A stretch of DNA of 64,000 nucleotides from Acidobacteriota bacterium (GTDB taxonomy: Bacteria; Acidobacteriota; Vicinamibacteria; Vicinamibacterales; SCN-69-37). The notes under the pieces were generated by a model that made no database searches, was not told the DNA's origin, and saw only the letters and a program-made list of their open reading frames with translations. Below are positions 9,768 through 18,533 of this stretch, in pieces. The translations under genes were made by a program, and so were the position numbers. Each line of letters opens with the position of its first letter. Within the stretch, counting starts at the first letter, position 1. The stretch lies in the NCBI GenBank assembly GCA_016716905.1, contig JADJUS010000004.1, positions 1,419,603-1,483,602 on the forward strand, in the 5' to 3' direction.

Positions 9768-10595
9768 ATGCCGCTGGGCCTGATCGCCGGGAACGGAACG
9801 TTTCCTTTTTTGATTCTCAGAGCCGCCCGCCAACTGGGCCACGAGGTCGTGGTGGTGGCGGTGGAGGGCGAGGCCTTTCCGGCGCTTGAAGACCTGGGCA
9901 AAGAGCTGGGCGGCGTGCAGCATTCGTGGGTGGCGCTCGGCCATCTCGGCACCTGCATCAAGACGCTGCAGCATGCCGGCGTGACCAAAGCCATCATGGC
10001 CGGCCAGGTCAAACACACGAAGCTGTTTGGCGGTGTGTTGCCGGACCTGACCATGCTGTCGGTCCTGGCGCGGCTCAAGTCGAAGAACACCGACGCGCTG
10101 ATTGCCGCCATCGCCGATGTGCTGCTCAAACACGGCATCACCTTGATGGACTCCACAGAGCTGCTGGCAGGCTTGCTCGCGTCACCCGGTGTGCTCACGA
10201 CCGCGCAGCCGACAGAATCCATGCAGGCGGACTTCACGTTTGGCTACGCGGTGGCCGACGCCGTGGCCGGCCTCGACGTCGGCCAAACCATCGTCGTCAA
10301 AGACCGCGCGGTGGTGGCGGTTGAAGCGATGGAAGGGACCGATGCCGCGATCGAACGAGCAGGGGCGTTGGCGGGCCCAGGCACGCGCGTGGTGAAGGTG
10401 GCCAAGCCGAAACAGGACATGCGCTTCGACGTGCCGGTCGTCGGTGTGGCCACCATTCGTGCCATGCAGGCCGCCGGCGCCGACGCGTTGTCCATTGATG
10501 CCGGCCGGACACTGGTGCTTGATGGCGCGGCGTTTCTTTCGGCCGCAAACGAGGCCGGCGTGGTGGTGGTGGGCCGGCCGCAGGGGACCAAATGA
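9768..10595 (+). CDS. lpxI: UDP-2,3-diacylglucosamine pyrophosphatase LpxI (DUF1009 family)
   Basis: 275 aa. [12 protein letters not shown]-terminus, the [28 protein letters not shown] motif, and [14 protein letters not shown], all typical of LpxI. Lipid A gene context. Confidence 0.8.
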   Translation: MPLGLIAGNGTFPFLILRAARQLGHEVVVVAVEGEAFPALEDLGKELGGVQHSWVALGHLGTCIKTLQHAGVTKAIMAGQVKHTKLFGGVLPDLTMLSVLARLKSKNTDALIAAIADVLLKHGITLMDSTELLAGLLASPGVLTTAQPTESMQADFTFGYAVADAVAGLDVGQTIVVKDRAVVAVEAMEGTDAAIERAGALAGPGTRVVKVAKPKQDMRFDVPVVGVATIRAMQAAGADALSIDAGRTLVLDGAAFLSAANEAGVVVVGRPQGTK

Positions 10596-11569
10596 GCGCG
10601 GATGTGCGAATCGGGGTTGTGGGTGTGGGGCACCTTGGGCGTCACCACGCGCGTCTGCTGGCAGCGGCCTCCGGCGCGCGCCTGATGGGCGTGGCCGATG
10701 TGTCGGCGGAGCGGCGTGCCGCGGCGGCGTCCGCACAAGGCGTGGAGACGTTTGCCGACTATCGCGAGCTCATCGGCCGCGTTGACGCCGTCAGCATCGC
10801 GGTGCCGACCGTTGATCACTTTCGCGTGGCCCGCGATTTTCTCGAGGCGGGCGTTCACGTGCTCGTCGAGAAACCGATGACGGCTACGCTTGCCGAGGCC
10901 GAGGAGTTGATCGCGCTTGCGGACCGCGTTGGGCGTCGGCTGGCCGTCGGTCATACCGAGCGGTTCAACCCAGCCGTGGCTGCGGCAATTCCTCTGATCT
11001 CGGCGCCGCGGTTTATTGAGGTGCATCGGCTGAGCGGTTTTCCCGACCGCAGTCTCGACATCGACGTGGTCTTCGACGTGATGATTCACGACCTCGATAT
11101 CGTGCTGGCGATCGACCACACCGAAGTCATCGCCGTTGAGGCCGTGGGTGTGCCGGTGCTTTCACACAAGGTGGACATTGCGAACGCGCGTCTGAAGTTC
11201 GCCTCGGGATGCACCGTGAACCTGACGGCGAGTCGCATCAGTCGCGACCGCGTGCGCAAGGTGCGCTTCTTCCAGCCGGACTTGTATGTGTCGGTGGACT
11301 ACGGCGAGCAGGAGCTTGAAGCGTATCGCGTGATCCCGCGGCCGGGTGACCGACCGGCCATTGAAGGCGGCGCGGTGCCGGTGGAAAAAGGCGAGCCCCT
11401 CGGGAGAGAATTGCAGGATTTTGTGGATGCCATACGGGAAGATCGGGCGCCTCGCGTGACCGGCCAGGACGGCTATCGCGCGCTGGTGCTGGCCACGCGC
11501 GTGGCGGCAGCTATCGACGCGAATGACGCGAACGAAAAGGAGACCGGCACTCGCGTGTCGGGGTTGTGA
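10592..11569 (+). CDS. Gfo/Idh/MocA family NAD(P)-dependent oxidoreductase
   Basis: Rossmann N-terminus [14 protein letters not shown] and the EKPM motif ([17 protein letters not shown]). ATGA overlap with lpxI. Confidence 0.8.
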   Translation: MSADVRIGVVGVGHLGRHHARLLAAASGARLMGVADVSAERRAAAASAQGVETFADYRELIGRVDAVSIAVPTVDHFRVARDFLEAGVHVLVEKPMTATLAEAEELIALADRVGRRLAVGHTERFNPAVAAAIPLISAPRFIEVHRLSGFPDRSLDIDVVFDVMIHDLDIVLAIDHTEVIAVEAVGVPVLSHKVDIANARLKFASGCTVNLTASRISRDRVRKVRFFQPDLYVSVDYGEQELEAYRVIPRPGDRPAIEGGAVPVEKGEPLGRELQDFVDAIREDRAPRVTGQDGYRALVLATRVAAAIDANDANEKETGTRVSGL

Positions 11570-12453
11570 GTATGTTGCAGGATCTGGAATCCAAAGCCTC
11601 GTCAGGTGAGTCGTTTTCCCACGAGGAGGCCGAGCGCGTGCTGGCCTGCGCCGACCTCGTCAGTGTTGGCACGCTTGGCGAGCTCGCACGCCGGGCCCGC
11701 CACGGTGAAGTTGTCACCTACGGCCACGTACTTGTGGTGGACGGTGACGCGGTGCCATCGGAACTGGGGGACGCGCGCGAGGTGCGGATCACCACGCGGC
11801 CCGAGTCGGTGGCGGCGGGTTGCGCGCTGGTGCGCGAGGTTGTGGCCGCTTCAGGCGATGTGCCAGTGACGGCATTCTCGGCCGCAGGCCTCCTGGACCT
11901 CGTCGGTGGTGACCACCTGGCTCTGGCTGATGCCGCCCGTGAGTTGCGTGAAGCTGGCCTGATGGGTATCGCGTTTTTTCCAGTGGATCGATTTGACGAA
12001 CCGGCCGAACTGGTGCGGGCCCTCCGGCATGGTGGGCTCGAAGTCACGCGCGCGACCGTGGATCACGCGAGCACCCTGGCGGCACGTCTGGTCTGCATCG
12101 AACGGGTCGCTGCGCTTCAGCGTGAGGTAGGGGGGCTGCTCGCGTTCGCACCGTTACCGCGATTCGACGAGGTCGAAACGCCGTCCACCGGGTACGACGA
12201 TGTGCGGACGATTGCGGTGGCGCGACTGGTGTGCGGCGAGGTGCCGTCCATCCAGGTGGACTGGGTGATGTACGGACCCAAACTCGCGCAGGTGGCCATT
12301 GCCTACGGCGCCAACGACATCGACAATGTGCCCGCGACCGATGCCCTGGGACTGGGTCATCGCAGGAGCCCGCGCACCGACATCGCGCGTCAAATCTCTG
12401 CGGCGTTCGCGACCCCGTCGGCCCGCAACAGCCGATTCGAACGGGTGTCGTGA
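11566..12453 (+). CDS. MqnC/MqnE-like protein lacking the radical SAM CxxxCxxC motif (degenerate paralogue)
   Basis: 295 aa. It is alignable by eye to the radical SAM protein at 14554-15756: LAFAPLPRFDE..TGYDDVRTIAVARLV..SIQVDWVMYGPKLAQVAIAYGANDIDNV versus FTAFIAWSYQPE..TGIDYLRTLALSRLV..NLQSSWVTQGGKVGQLSLAYGANDMGSV. Where the paralogue has NYTNVCVARCKFCAF, this protein has VTYGHVLVVDGDAVPSE. GTGA overlap upstream, and the stop abuts the mqnA start. Confidence 0.65.
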   Translation: MSMLQDLESKASSGESFSHEEAERVLACADLVSVGTLGELARRARHGEVVTYGHVLVVDGDAVPSELGDAREVRITTRPESVAAGCALVREVVAASGDVPVTAFSAAGLLDLVGGDHLALADAARELREAGLMGIAFFPVDRFDEPAELVRALRHGGLEVTRATVDHASTLAARLVCIERVAALQREVGGLLAFAPLPRFDEVETPSTGYDDVRTIAVARLVCGEVPSIQVDWVMYGPKLAQVAIAYGANDIDNVPATDALGLGHRRSPRTDIARQISAAFATPSARNSRFERVS

Positions 12454-13278
12454 GTGTCGAAAATTCGTCTCGGCTCGGTCAACTATCTCAACTGCCGGCC
12501 GCTGGTGCATGGACTTGGCGGTGACGCCGATCCGCTGTTTTCGCTGCGTTTCGACCCGCCCGCCGAGTGCGCTTCGCTCCTGTCATCCGGAGAGATTGAC
12601 CTCGGGTTGATTCCGACAATCGCGTACGCCGATCGGCCCGGCGACCTGGTGGTGCCCGGTGTGTCGATCGCGTCCGAGGGCCCAGTGGCGTCGGTGGCTC
12701 TGTTCACACAGAAGCCCCTGTCCGAGATTCACACCATCGCGCTCGATACCAGTTCCCGCACTTCAGTGGCGTTGACGCGCATCCTGTGTGCGCGACGGTT
12801 CGGCATTGCGCCCACGTTCGTGCGCCACGCCCCGGATCTTGAATCCATGCTGGCCGGCCACGACGCAGCGTTGCTGATTGGCGACCCGGCGTTGTTTGTG
12901 GACCACCGCGCGCTTGGTGCCGAGAAGATCGATCTGGGCCAGGCGTGGACCGACATGACCGGGCTGCCGTTTGTGTGGGCGTTCTGGTCCGGGCGCGCCG
13001 ATTGCCTTCCGCCGCACGCCGTCAGGCGCATGCAGGCGGCGAAAGAGGCGGGCGTGTTGGTGTCCGACGCCTTGGCCGATGCCTACATGGCGGACCGGCC
13101 GCAGTACCAGGCCATCGCGCGCCACTATCTGCGCGAACATATCCTCTTTGACCTGACGGACCGCATGCTCCAGGGACTGCAAACGTACTACCGTGAGGCC
13201 GCGGCCGTGGGCCTGATCGCGTCGCCTGTTGAGCCGCGGTTCTTCGCGTCGGCCGCGTTGGCCACAACGGATCGGTGA
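12454..13278 (+). CDS. mqnA: Chorismate dehydratase MqnA (futalosine pathway)
   Basis: 274 aa. IRLGSVNYLNCRPLVHGL N-terminus and GEIDLGLIP, typical of the MqnA/MqnD (VitK2 biosynthesis) fold. Menaquinone gene context. Confidence 0.75.
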   Translation: MSKIRLGSVNYLNCRPLVHGLGGDADPLFSLRFDPPAECASLLSSGEIDLGLIPTIAYADRPGDLVVPGVSIASEGPVASVALFTQKPLSEIHTIALDTSSRTSVALTRILCARRFGIAPTFVRHAPDLESMLAGHDAALLIGDPALFVDHRALGAEKIDLGQAWTDMTGLPFVWAFWSGRADCLPPHAVRRMQAAKEAGVLVSDALADAYMADRPQYQAIARHYLREHILFDLTDRMLQGLQTYYREAAAVGLIASPVEPRFFASAALATTDR

Positions 13279-14492
13279 TGGCGGCCGACGGTCCTCGCCG
13301 ACCCGCCATCATCTTCATCTTCATCACCGTCGTCCTCGACGTCCTCGCCCTCGGGATCGTCATTCCCGTGTTGCCTCTGCTTGTTGAGGAGTTCCTGGGC
13401 GGAGACACCTCGCGCGCGGCCACGATGTTCGGGTTGTTTGGGACAGCGTGGGCGTTGATGCAGTTTGTGTTCGCGCCTATCCTCGGCGCGTTGTCCGACC
13501 GCTTTGGCCGTCGGCCGGTCATCCTCATTTCATGCGCGGGCCTGGGGCTGGACTACGTCCTGATGGCGCTGGCGCCGAGCCTGTCGTGGCTATTTGTCGG
13601 GCGCGTGATTTCGGGAATCACGGCCGCCAGTTTCTCAACGGCAGGCGCGTACATTGCCGACGTCACGCCTGTGGAGAAGCGGGCCGCCGGATTTGGCATG
13701 ATTGGCGCCGCGTTCGGACTGGGGTTTGTCCTTGGCCCGGCGATGGGCGGCATTCTCGGTGCCGTGGATCCGCGACTACCGTTTTGGGTGGCGGCCGCAC
13801 TGGCGTTGGCCAACGCCGCGTATGGCTACTTCGTGTTGCCCGAGTCTCTGCCGCCTGAAGCGCGGAAAGCGTTTTCGTGGGCACGCGTCAATCCGCTCGG
13901 GTCCTTGCGTCTGCTCCGATCGCACAAGGAGCTGTTCGGCATCGCCACCGTCACGGTGTTTTACCACCTGGCGCACCATGTGTTGCCCAGCGTGTTTGTG
14001 CTGTACGGCGCATACCGGTATGGGTGGGACGCACGCGCCACGGGGCTGACCCTGGCCGTGGTCGGTGTGGTCAGCGTCATTGTGCAGGGCGGCCTCGTGC
14101 GGCCGCTGGTCGCTAAATTCGGTGAGCGGGCGATGCTGCTGACGGGGCTCGCGTGTGGCGCGGTGGGGTTTGTTGTGTATGCGCTGGCTGAGACCGGCAC
14201 CGTGTTCTGGCTCGGCATTCCAGTGTTTGGGCTGATGGGCTTGTATGGGCCGTCAGCACAGGGCTTGATGACTCGCCATGTTCAGCCGTCGGAGCAGGGG
14301 CAGCTACAGGGCATCAACAGCAGCTTCATGGGGCTGACCGGCATCATCGGTCCAGGGCTGTTCACGCTGACGTTTGCGGCGTTCATCGGCCCGTATGCGA
14401 GCTGGCACGTGCCGGGCGCCCCGTTTCTGCTGGCCGCCGTCCTGATGGTTGTTGCGTTCACGATCGGCTGGCGGGTGACGAAGGACGCGTGA
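13275..14492 (+). CDS. MFS transporter (TCR/Tet-like family)
   Basis: 405 aa with about 12 predicted TM helices. MFS motif A GALSDRFGRRPVIL. GTGA overlap with mqnA. Confidence 0.75.
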   Translation: MMAADGPRRPAIIFIFITVVLDVLALGIVIPVLPLLVEEFLGGDTSRAATMFGLFGTAWALMQFVFAPILGALSDRFGRRPVILISCAGLGLDYVLMALAPSLSWLFVGRVISGITAASFSTAGAYIADVTPVEKRAAGFGMIGAAFGLGFVLGPAMGGILGAVDPRLPFWVAAALALANAAYGYFVLPESLPPEARKAFSWARVNPLGSLRLLRSHKELFGIATVTVFYHLAHHVLPSVFVLYGAYRYGWDARATGLTLAVVGVVSVIVQGGLVRPLVAKFGERAMLLTGLACGAVGFVVYALAETGTVFWLGIPVFGLMGLYGPSAQGLMTRHVQPSEQGQLQGINSSFMGLTGIIGPGLFTLTFAAFIGPYASWHVPGAPFLLAAVLMVVAFTIGWRVTKDA

Positions 14493-14553
14493 CGCCGCCG
14501 TGTGTGGGCGAGGCCACGGGCGGCGCGGTTGAAGTAGCATTTGAGAAGGCTTT

Positions 14554-15756
14554 GTGATGACTGTAGCGGCCATTGCTGACAAATTGCGTGCGGGCGGGCG
14601 GCTGACTCGCGACGAGGCGCTGGAGTTTTACCTTCACGCGCCCACATCCCTGCTTGGTGGGCTTGCGGATCAGGCGCGTGCGCGCCGGCATCCGGAAGGG
14701 GTGGTGACGTACATCATCGACCGCAACGTCAACTACACCAACGTCTGTGTGGCGCGCTGCAAGTTCTGCGCGTTTTACCGGCCTGTGGGGTCGTCGGAAG
14801 GCTACACGCTGGGGTTCGACGAGATCTTCAAGAAGATTGAAGAGACCATTTCGCTTGGCGGCGGGCAGCTGTTGCTGCAGGGCGGACACAATCCCGACGT
14901 TCCGCTGGAATGGTACGAAGATCTGTTTCGCCAGGTGAAGAGCCGGTATCCGGAGTTCCGGCTGCACGCGTTGTCTCCACCGGAAGTCATTCACATTTCG
15001 CGGCTGTCGGGGCTGCCGACGGCGGAGGTCATCGATCGCTTGATCGCTGCGGGTCTTGATAGCGTGCCTGGTGGCGGCGCCGAGATTCTGGTGGACCGCG
15101 TGCGCAAGATCCTCAATTGCTACACCAAGGCCACTGCCGACGAGTGGCTGGGTGTCATGCGCGAGGCGCACCGCGCCGGGCTGCGCACCACCGCCACGAT
15201 GATGTACGGCACGGTGGAAACGGTCGAGGAGCGGCTCGAGCATCTGTTCCGCCTGAGGGACCTTCAGGATGAGACCGGCGGGTTCACCGCGTTCATCGCG
15301 TGGAGTTACCAGCCCGAGCACACGGAACTTGGTGGCACCGAGGCGACCGGCATCGACTATCTGCGCACCCTGGCGCTCTCGCGCCTCGTGCTCGACAACT
15401 TCGACAACCTGCAGTCGTCGTGGGTGACGCAAGGTGGCAAGGTCGGCCAGCTGAGCCTGGCGTACGGGGCCAACGACATGGGCTCGGTGATGATCGAGGA
15501 AAACGTCGTACGCGCGGCCGGTGCCGAGTACTGCATGGACGAGTTTGAAGTGGTGCGCAACATCGAGGGCGCCGGCTTCGTGGCCAAGCGTCGCAACATG
15601 CACTATGACGTTCTGGGCGCTCCGGTATTTCGCGAGCGCGACGTGCCGCGGATGCGCGAGCTCGCCGTTGCGCGCGACGATGGGCGCGCGGGCGAAGCAC
15701 CGGACCTGCGCGACTACGAAGCTCGCTCGGCTGCGGGCAAACGCGCTCGACAATGA
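14554..15756 (+). CDS. mqnC: Radical SAM menaquinone biosynthesis enzyme, MqnC type (cyclic dehypoxanthinyl futalosine synthase); MqnE not excluded
   Basis: 400 aa. TYIIDRNVNYTNVCVARCKFCAF cluster motif, and GGGQLLLQGGHNP, GSVMIEENVV typical of the MqnC/MqnE/CofH group. Confidence 0.7.
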   Translation: MMTVAAIADKLRAGGRLTRDEALEFYLHAPTSLLGGLADQARARRHPEGVVTYIIDRNVNYTNVCVARCKFCAFYRPVGSSEGYTLGFDEIFKKIEETISLGGGQLLLQGGHNPDVPLEWYEDLFRQVKSRYPEFRLHALSPPEVIHISRLSGLPTAEVIDRLIAAGLDSVPGGGAEILVDRVRKILNCYTKATADEWLGVMREAHRAGLRTTATMMYGTVETVEERLEHLFRLRDLQDETGGFTAFIAWSYQPEHTELGGTEATGIDYLRTLALSRLVLDNFDNLQSSWVTQGGKVGQLSLAYGANDMGSVMIEENVVRAAGAEYCMDEFEVVRNIEGAGFVAKRRNMHYDVLGAPVFRERDVPRMRELAVARDDGRAGEAPDLRDYEARSAAGKRARQ

Positions 15757-15775
15757 GCTGAGTGGCTCACTGCAA

Positions 15776-17059
15776 ATGACTTCTTATCGCGCGAGTTGGG
15801 TACTGCCGATTAGCGGCCCGCCCCTGCGAGATGCCTGGGTGTCGGTCAGCGACGGCCTTGTGACCGAGGTCGGGACCGGCCGCGCGCCGAGTCCTGTCGT
15901 TGAATTGGGCGACGTCGCCCTGTTGCCAGGACTGGTCAACGCGCACACACACCTCGAATTGAGCTGGATGGCTGGGCTCGTGCCGCCGGCGGGGGCCATG
16001 GACGAGTGGATCAAGACGCTCCTGAGCGTGAGGCGCGCCGGGCCTGCCGGGGGAGACGAAACGGTCGTGACCGCCATGACGCGCGCCGTGGGCGACATCC
16101 TCGACACCGGCACGGCCCTGGTGGGCGACATCTCGAATTCGCTGATGTCGGTGCCCGTCTTCGCGGCGCGGGAACTGGCCTGCGTCGTCTTTCACGAGAT
16201 CCTCGGCTTCAACCCCGCGGACCCGCAGGCAATGGTCCGCGACGCCCAAGAAAGACGTCGGGTGTCATTAAAACGACCTCTGAGGTCGTTTCAGGATAGC
16301 GACTCGCTGAAACGACCTCAGAGGTCGTTTTCAGACACACCCGACGCCTTTTCTGCGGTCGTCGGGCACGCGCCCTACTCGACGGCGCCCGCGCTGTTCG
16401 CAGAAATCGCCGCGCAGCATCAGGGGCCGGCGCCCCTCTCCGTGCACATCGCCGAATCGGCCGAAGAAGTGGAGTTTCTTCACACCGGCCAGGGACCGAT
16501 GCGCACGCTGCTGGAAACACTCGGGGTGTGGACCGGTGCATGGCAGGTGCCACGGTGCGGCCCGCTGGAGTTCCTCAAGCGGCTGGGGTACCTCAAGCCA
16601 GGCACCTTGCTGGTCCACGGCGTCCACTTGACCGTTCGGGAACTCGAGCAGGCCCGCGACGCCGAGGCCGTCATCGTGACGTGCCCGAGAAGCAACACGT
16701 GGGTCGGAGGCGGTGTGCCGCCCATCGCCCGGTTTTATGGTGCGGGCGTGCCCGTGGCCATCGGCACCGACAGCCTCGCGTCCGCCGAGACCCTCAACAT
16801 GTTCGACGAATTGGCAGCGCTCCGACGGCTCGCGCCGGAAGTGGATGCCGCGCAACTGCTCGACAGTGCCACCAGGGTGGGAGCCGAGGCGCTCGGGTTT
16901 GGTCAGCACTACGGCACCATCAGCCCTGGACGTCAGGCCCAGCTGGTGTCCGTCGCGTTACCGGCCGGCGTCCGGGGCCGTCCTGAGGATGTGGAAGAAT
17001 ACTTGGTGAGTGGAGTGTCAGCCGCTGACGTCTCACGGCTGAACGTTCCGTCCCACTAA
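15776..17059 (+). CDS. Amidohydrolase superfamily deaminase (chlorohydrolase/aminodeoxyfutalosine-deaminase-like), carrying an in-frame palindromic-element insert
   Basis: LPGLVNAHTHLELS (HxH), SVHIAES, LLVHGVHL and IGTDS metal-ligand motifs. I chose the ATG at 15776 (MTSYRASWVLPI); the track start at 15521 overlaps mqnC. Confidence 0.7.
   Translation: MTSYRASWVLPISGPPLRDAWVSVSDGLVTEVGTGRAPSPVVELGDVALLPGLVNAHTHLELSWMAGLVPPAGAMDEWIKTLLSVRRAGPAGGDETVVTAMTRAVGDILDTGTALVGDISNSLMSVPVFAARELACVVFHEILGFNPADPQAMVRDAQERRRVSLKRPLRSFQDSDSLKRPQRSFSDTPDAFSAVVGHAPYSTAPALFAEIAAQHQGPAPLSVHIAESAEEVEFLHTGQGPMRTLLETLGVWTGAWQVPRCGPLEFLKRLGYLKPGTLLVHGVHLTVRELEQARDAEAVIVTCPRSNTWVGGGVPPIARFYGAGVPVAIGTDSLASAETLNMFDELAALRRLAPEVDAAQLLDSATRVGAEALGFGQHYGTISPGRQAQLVSVALPAGVRGRPEDVEEYLVSGVSAADVSRLNVPSH
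16248..16354. repeat. Composite nested palindromic element (outer GACGTCGGGTGTC-type arms, inner AAAACGACCTCTGAGGTCGTTTCAG arms) inside a CDS
   Basis: Inner perfect 25-nt arms at 16270-16294 and 16307-16331 with a 12-nt spacer. Outer imperfect arms at 16248-16266 and 16334-16354. Confidence 0.85.
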
Positions 17060-17910
17060 ATGTTTGACCGCCTCCGCACCTACGCCTCGTTCGTCCGCAT
17101 CAGCCACTCGGTATTCGCGTTGCCGTTTGCGCTGGTTGGGGCGCTGCTGGCCACCGAAGTCGAGCCCTGGAGCTGGATGCGCGGCCTGTGGATTGTCGTG
17201 TGTATGGTGACCGCCCGCAGCGCGGCGATGGGGTTCAACCGGCTGGCCGACGTCGCGTATGACGCGCGTAATCCCCGCACGGCCATGCGCGAACTGCCGC
17301 AAGGACGGATGAGCCGCCGCGAAGCGATCGCCTTTGTCGTCGTCTCATCCCTGGCCTTCGTCTACGGGGCCTCGCACCTCGGCTGGATCTGCCTGGCGCT
17401 CTCGCCGGTCGCGCTCGCCATCGTCTTCTGGTATTCGTTCGCCAAGCGCTTCACCTCGTACGCGCAGCTGTTTCTTGGCTGGCCATGGCCGTGGCGCCGG
17501 TGGGTGGATGGCTGGCCGCCGGGGGCAGGGAAGGGTGGGAGCCCTGGCTGCTGGGACTCGCCATCGGCGCGTGGGTCGGCGGCTTCGACGTGCTCTACGC
17601 CTGTCAGGACGTGGACGTGGATCGGCGCGAGGGGTTGCACTCCATTCCCGTGCGGTTCGGCATTGCGCGCGCGCTCAGCATCTCGCGGTTCATGCACGTG
17701 GTGGCGGTGGTGACGCTCGCCGCACTGGGAGTGGTGGCCGATCTGGGCACAGTCTACATGGCGGGCGTTGTGGGTGTGGCCGCGTTGCTCGTCTATGAGC
17801 AGTCGCTCGTGCGTCAGGACGATCTCTCGAAGGTCAAACTGGCCTTCGACCTCAATGGCTGGGTCGGGTTGTTGTATCTGGCCACGACGGCGGCGGATTT
17901 GTTTTTATGA
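17060..17910 (+). pseudogene. UbiA-family aromatic prenyltransferase (MqnP/4-hydroxybenzoate polyprenyltransferase-like) interrupted by an apparent 1-nt deletion near 17479/17480
   Basis: The two track ORFs (17060-17713 and 17485-17910, different frames) together give a complete UbiA protein. Frame 1 runs up to ...YAQLFLG; frame 2 continues LAMAVAPVGGWLA...GGFDVLYACQDVDVDRREGLHSIPVRFG. This could be an assembly error. Confidence 0.7.
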
Positions 17911-18533
17911 CTCCGACGCCTGCCACCTCTCGTCCCCACATCGCCGTGGGCGTCACCGGCGCAAGCGGCGCAATCTACGCCATGCGCACGATTGCCGCCC
18001 TGCTCGAAACCGGGTGCCATCTGGAGATCGTATTTTCCGACTACGGCAAACGTCTGCTGATGGACGAACTCGGCAGCGACGCGAAAGTGGATCGCCTGCA
18101 GGATTTGCTCGAACGCAAGTACGGGCCCGCCGTACAAAAGGGCACGTTTGTGGTGCACAGCAACAAGGACCTTGGCGCCACGCTGGCGAGTGGCAGCCAT
18201 CGCTGCAGTGGCATGGTCATCGTGCCGTGTTCGATGAAGACCCTGGCCGGTGTGGCGCTGGGCCTGTCGCGCAGCCTCATCGAGCGCGCGGCCGACGTGA
18301 TGCTCAAGGAGCAGCGCAAGCTCATCCTCGTGCCGCGTGAAACGCCCATGAGCCTGCCGGCGTTGCGCCATCAGGTGGCTGCCGCCGAAGCCGGCGCGAT
18401 GATCCTGCCTGCGATGCCGGCGTTTTACCAGAAGCCCCAGACCATTGACGACCTCGCCGATTTCATCGCGGGCAAAATCCTCAACGGGTTGGGCTTCGAC
18501 CAGCACCTGTTTGCCCCATGGAAGGGCGAATAG
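17907..18533 (+). CDS. ubiX: Flavin prenyltransferase UbiX family
   Basis: IAVGVTGASGAIYA N-terminus, VPCSMKTLAG, LILVPRETP. ATGA overlap with the prenyltransferase gene. Confidence 0.85.
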   Translation: MTPTPATSRPHIAVGVTGASGAIYAMRTIAALLETGCHLEIVFSDYGKRLLMDELGSDAKVDRLQDLLERKYGPAVQKGTFVVHSNKDLGATLASGSHRCSGMVIVPCSMKTLAGVALGLSRSLIERAADVMLKEQRKLILVPRETPMSLPALRHQVAAAEAGAMILPAMPAFYQKPQTIDDLADFIAGKILNGLGFDQHLFAPWKGE

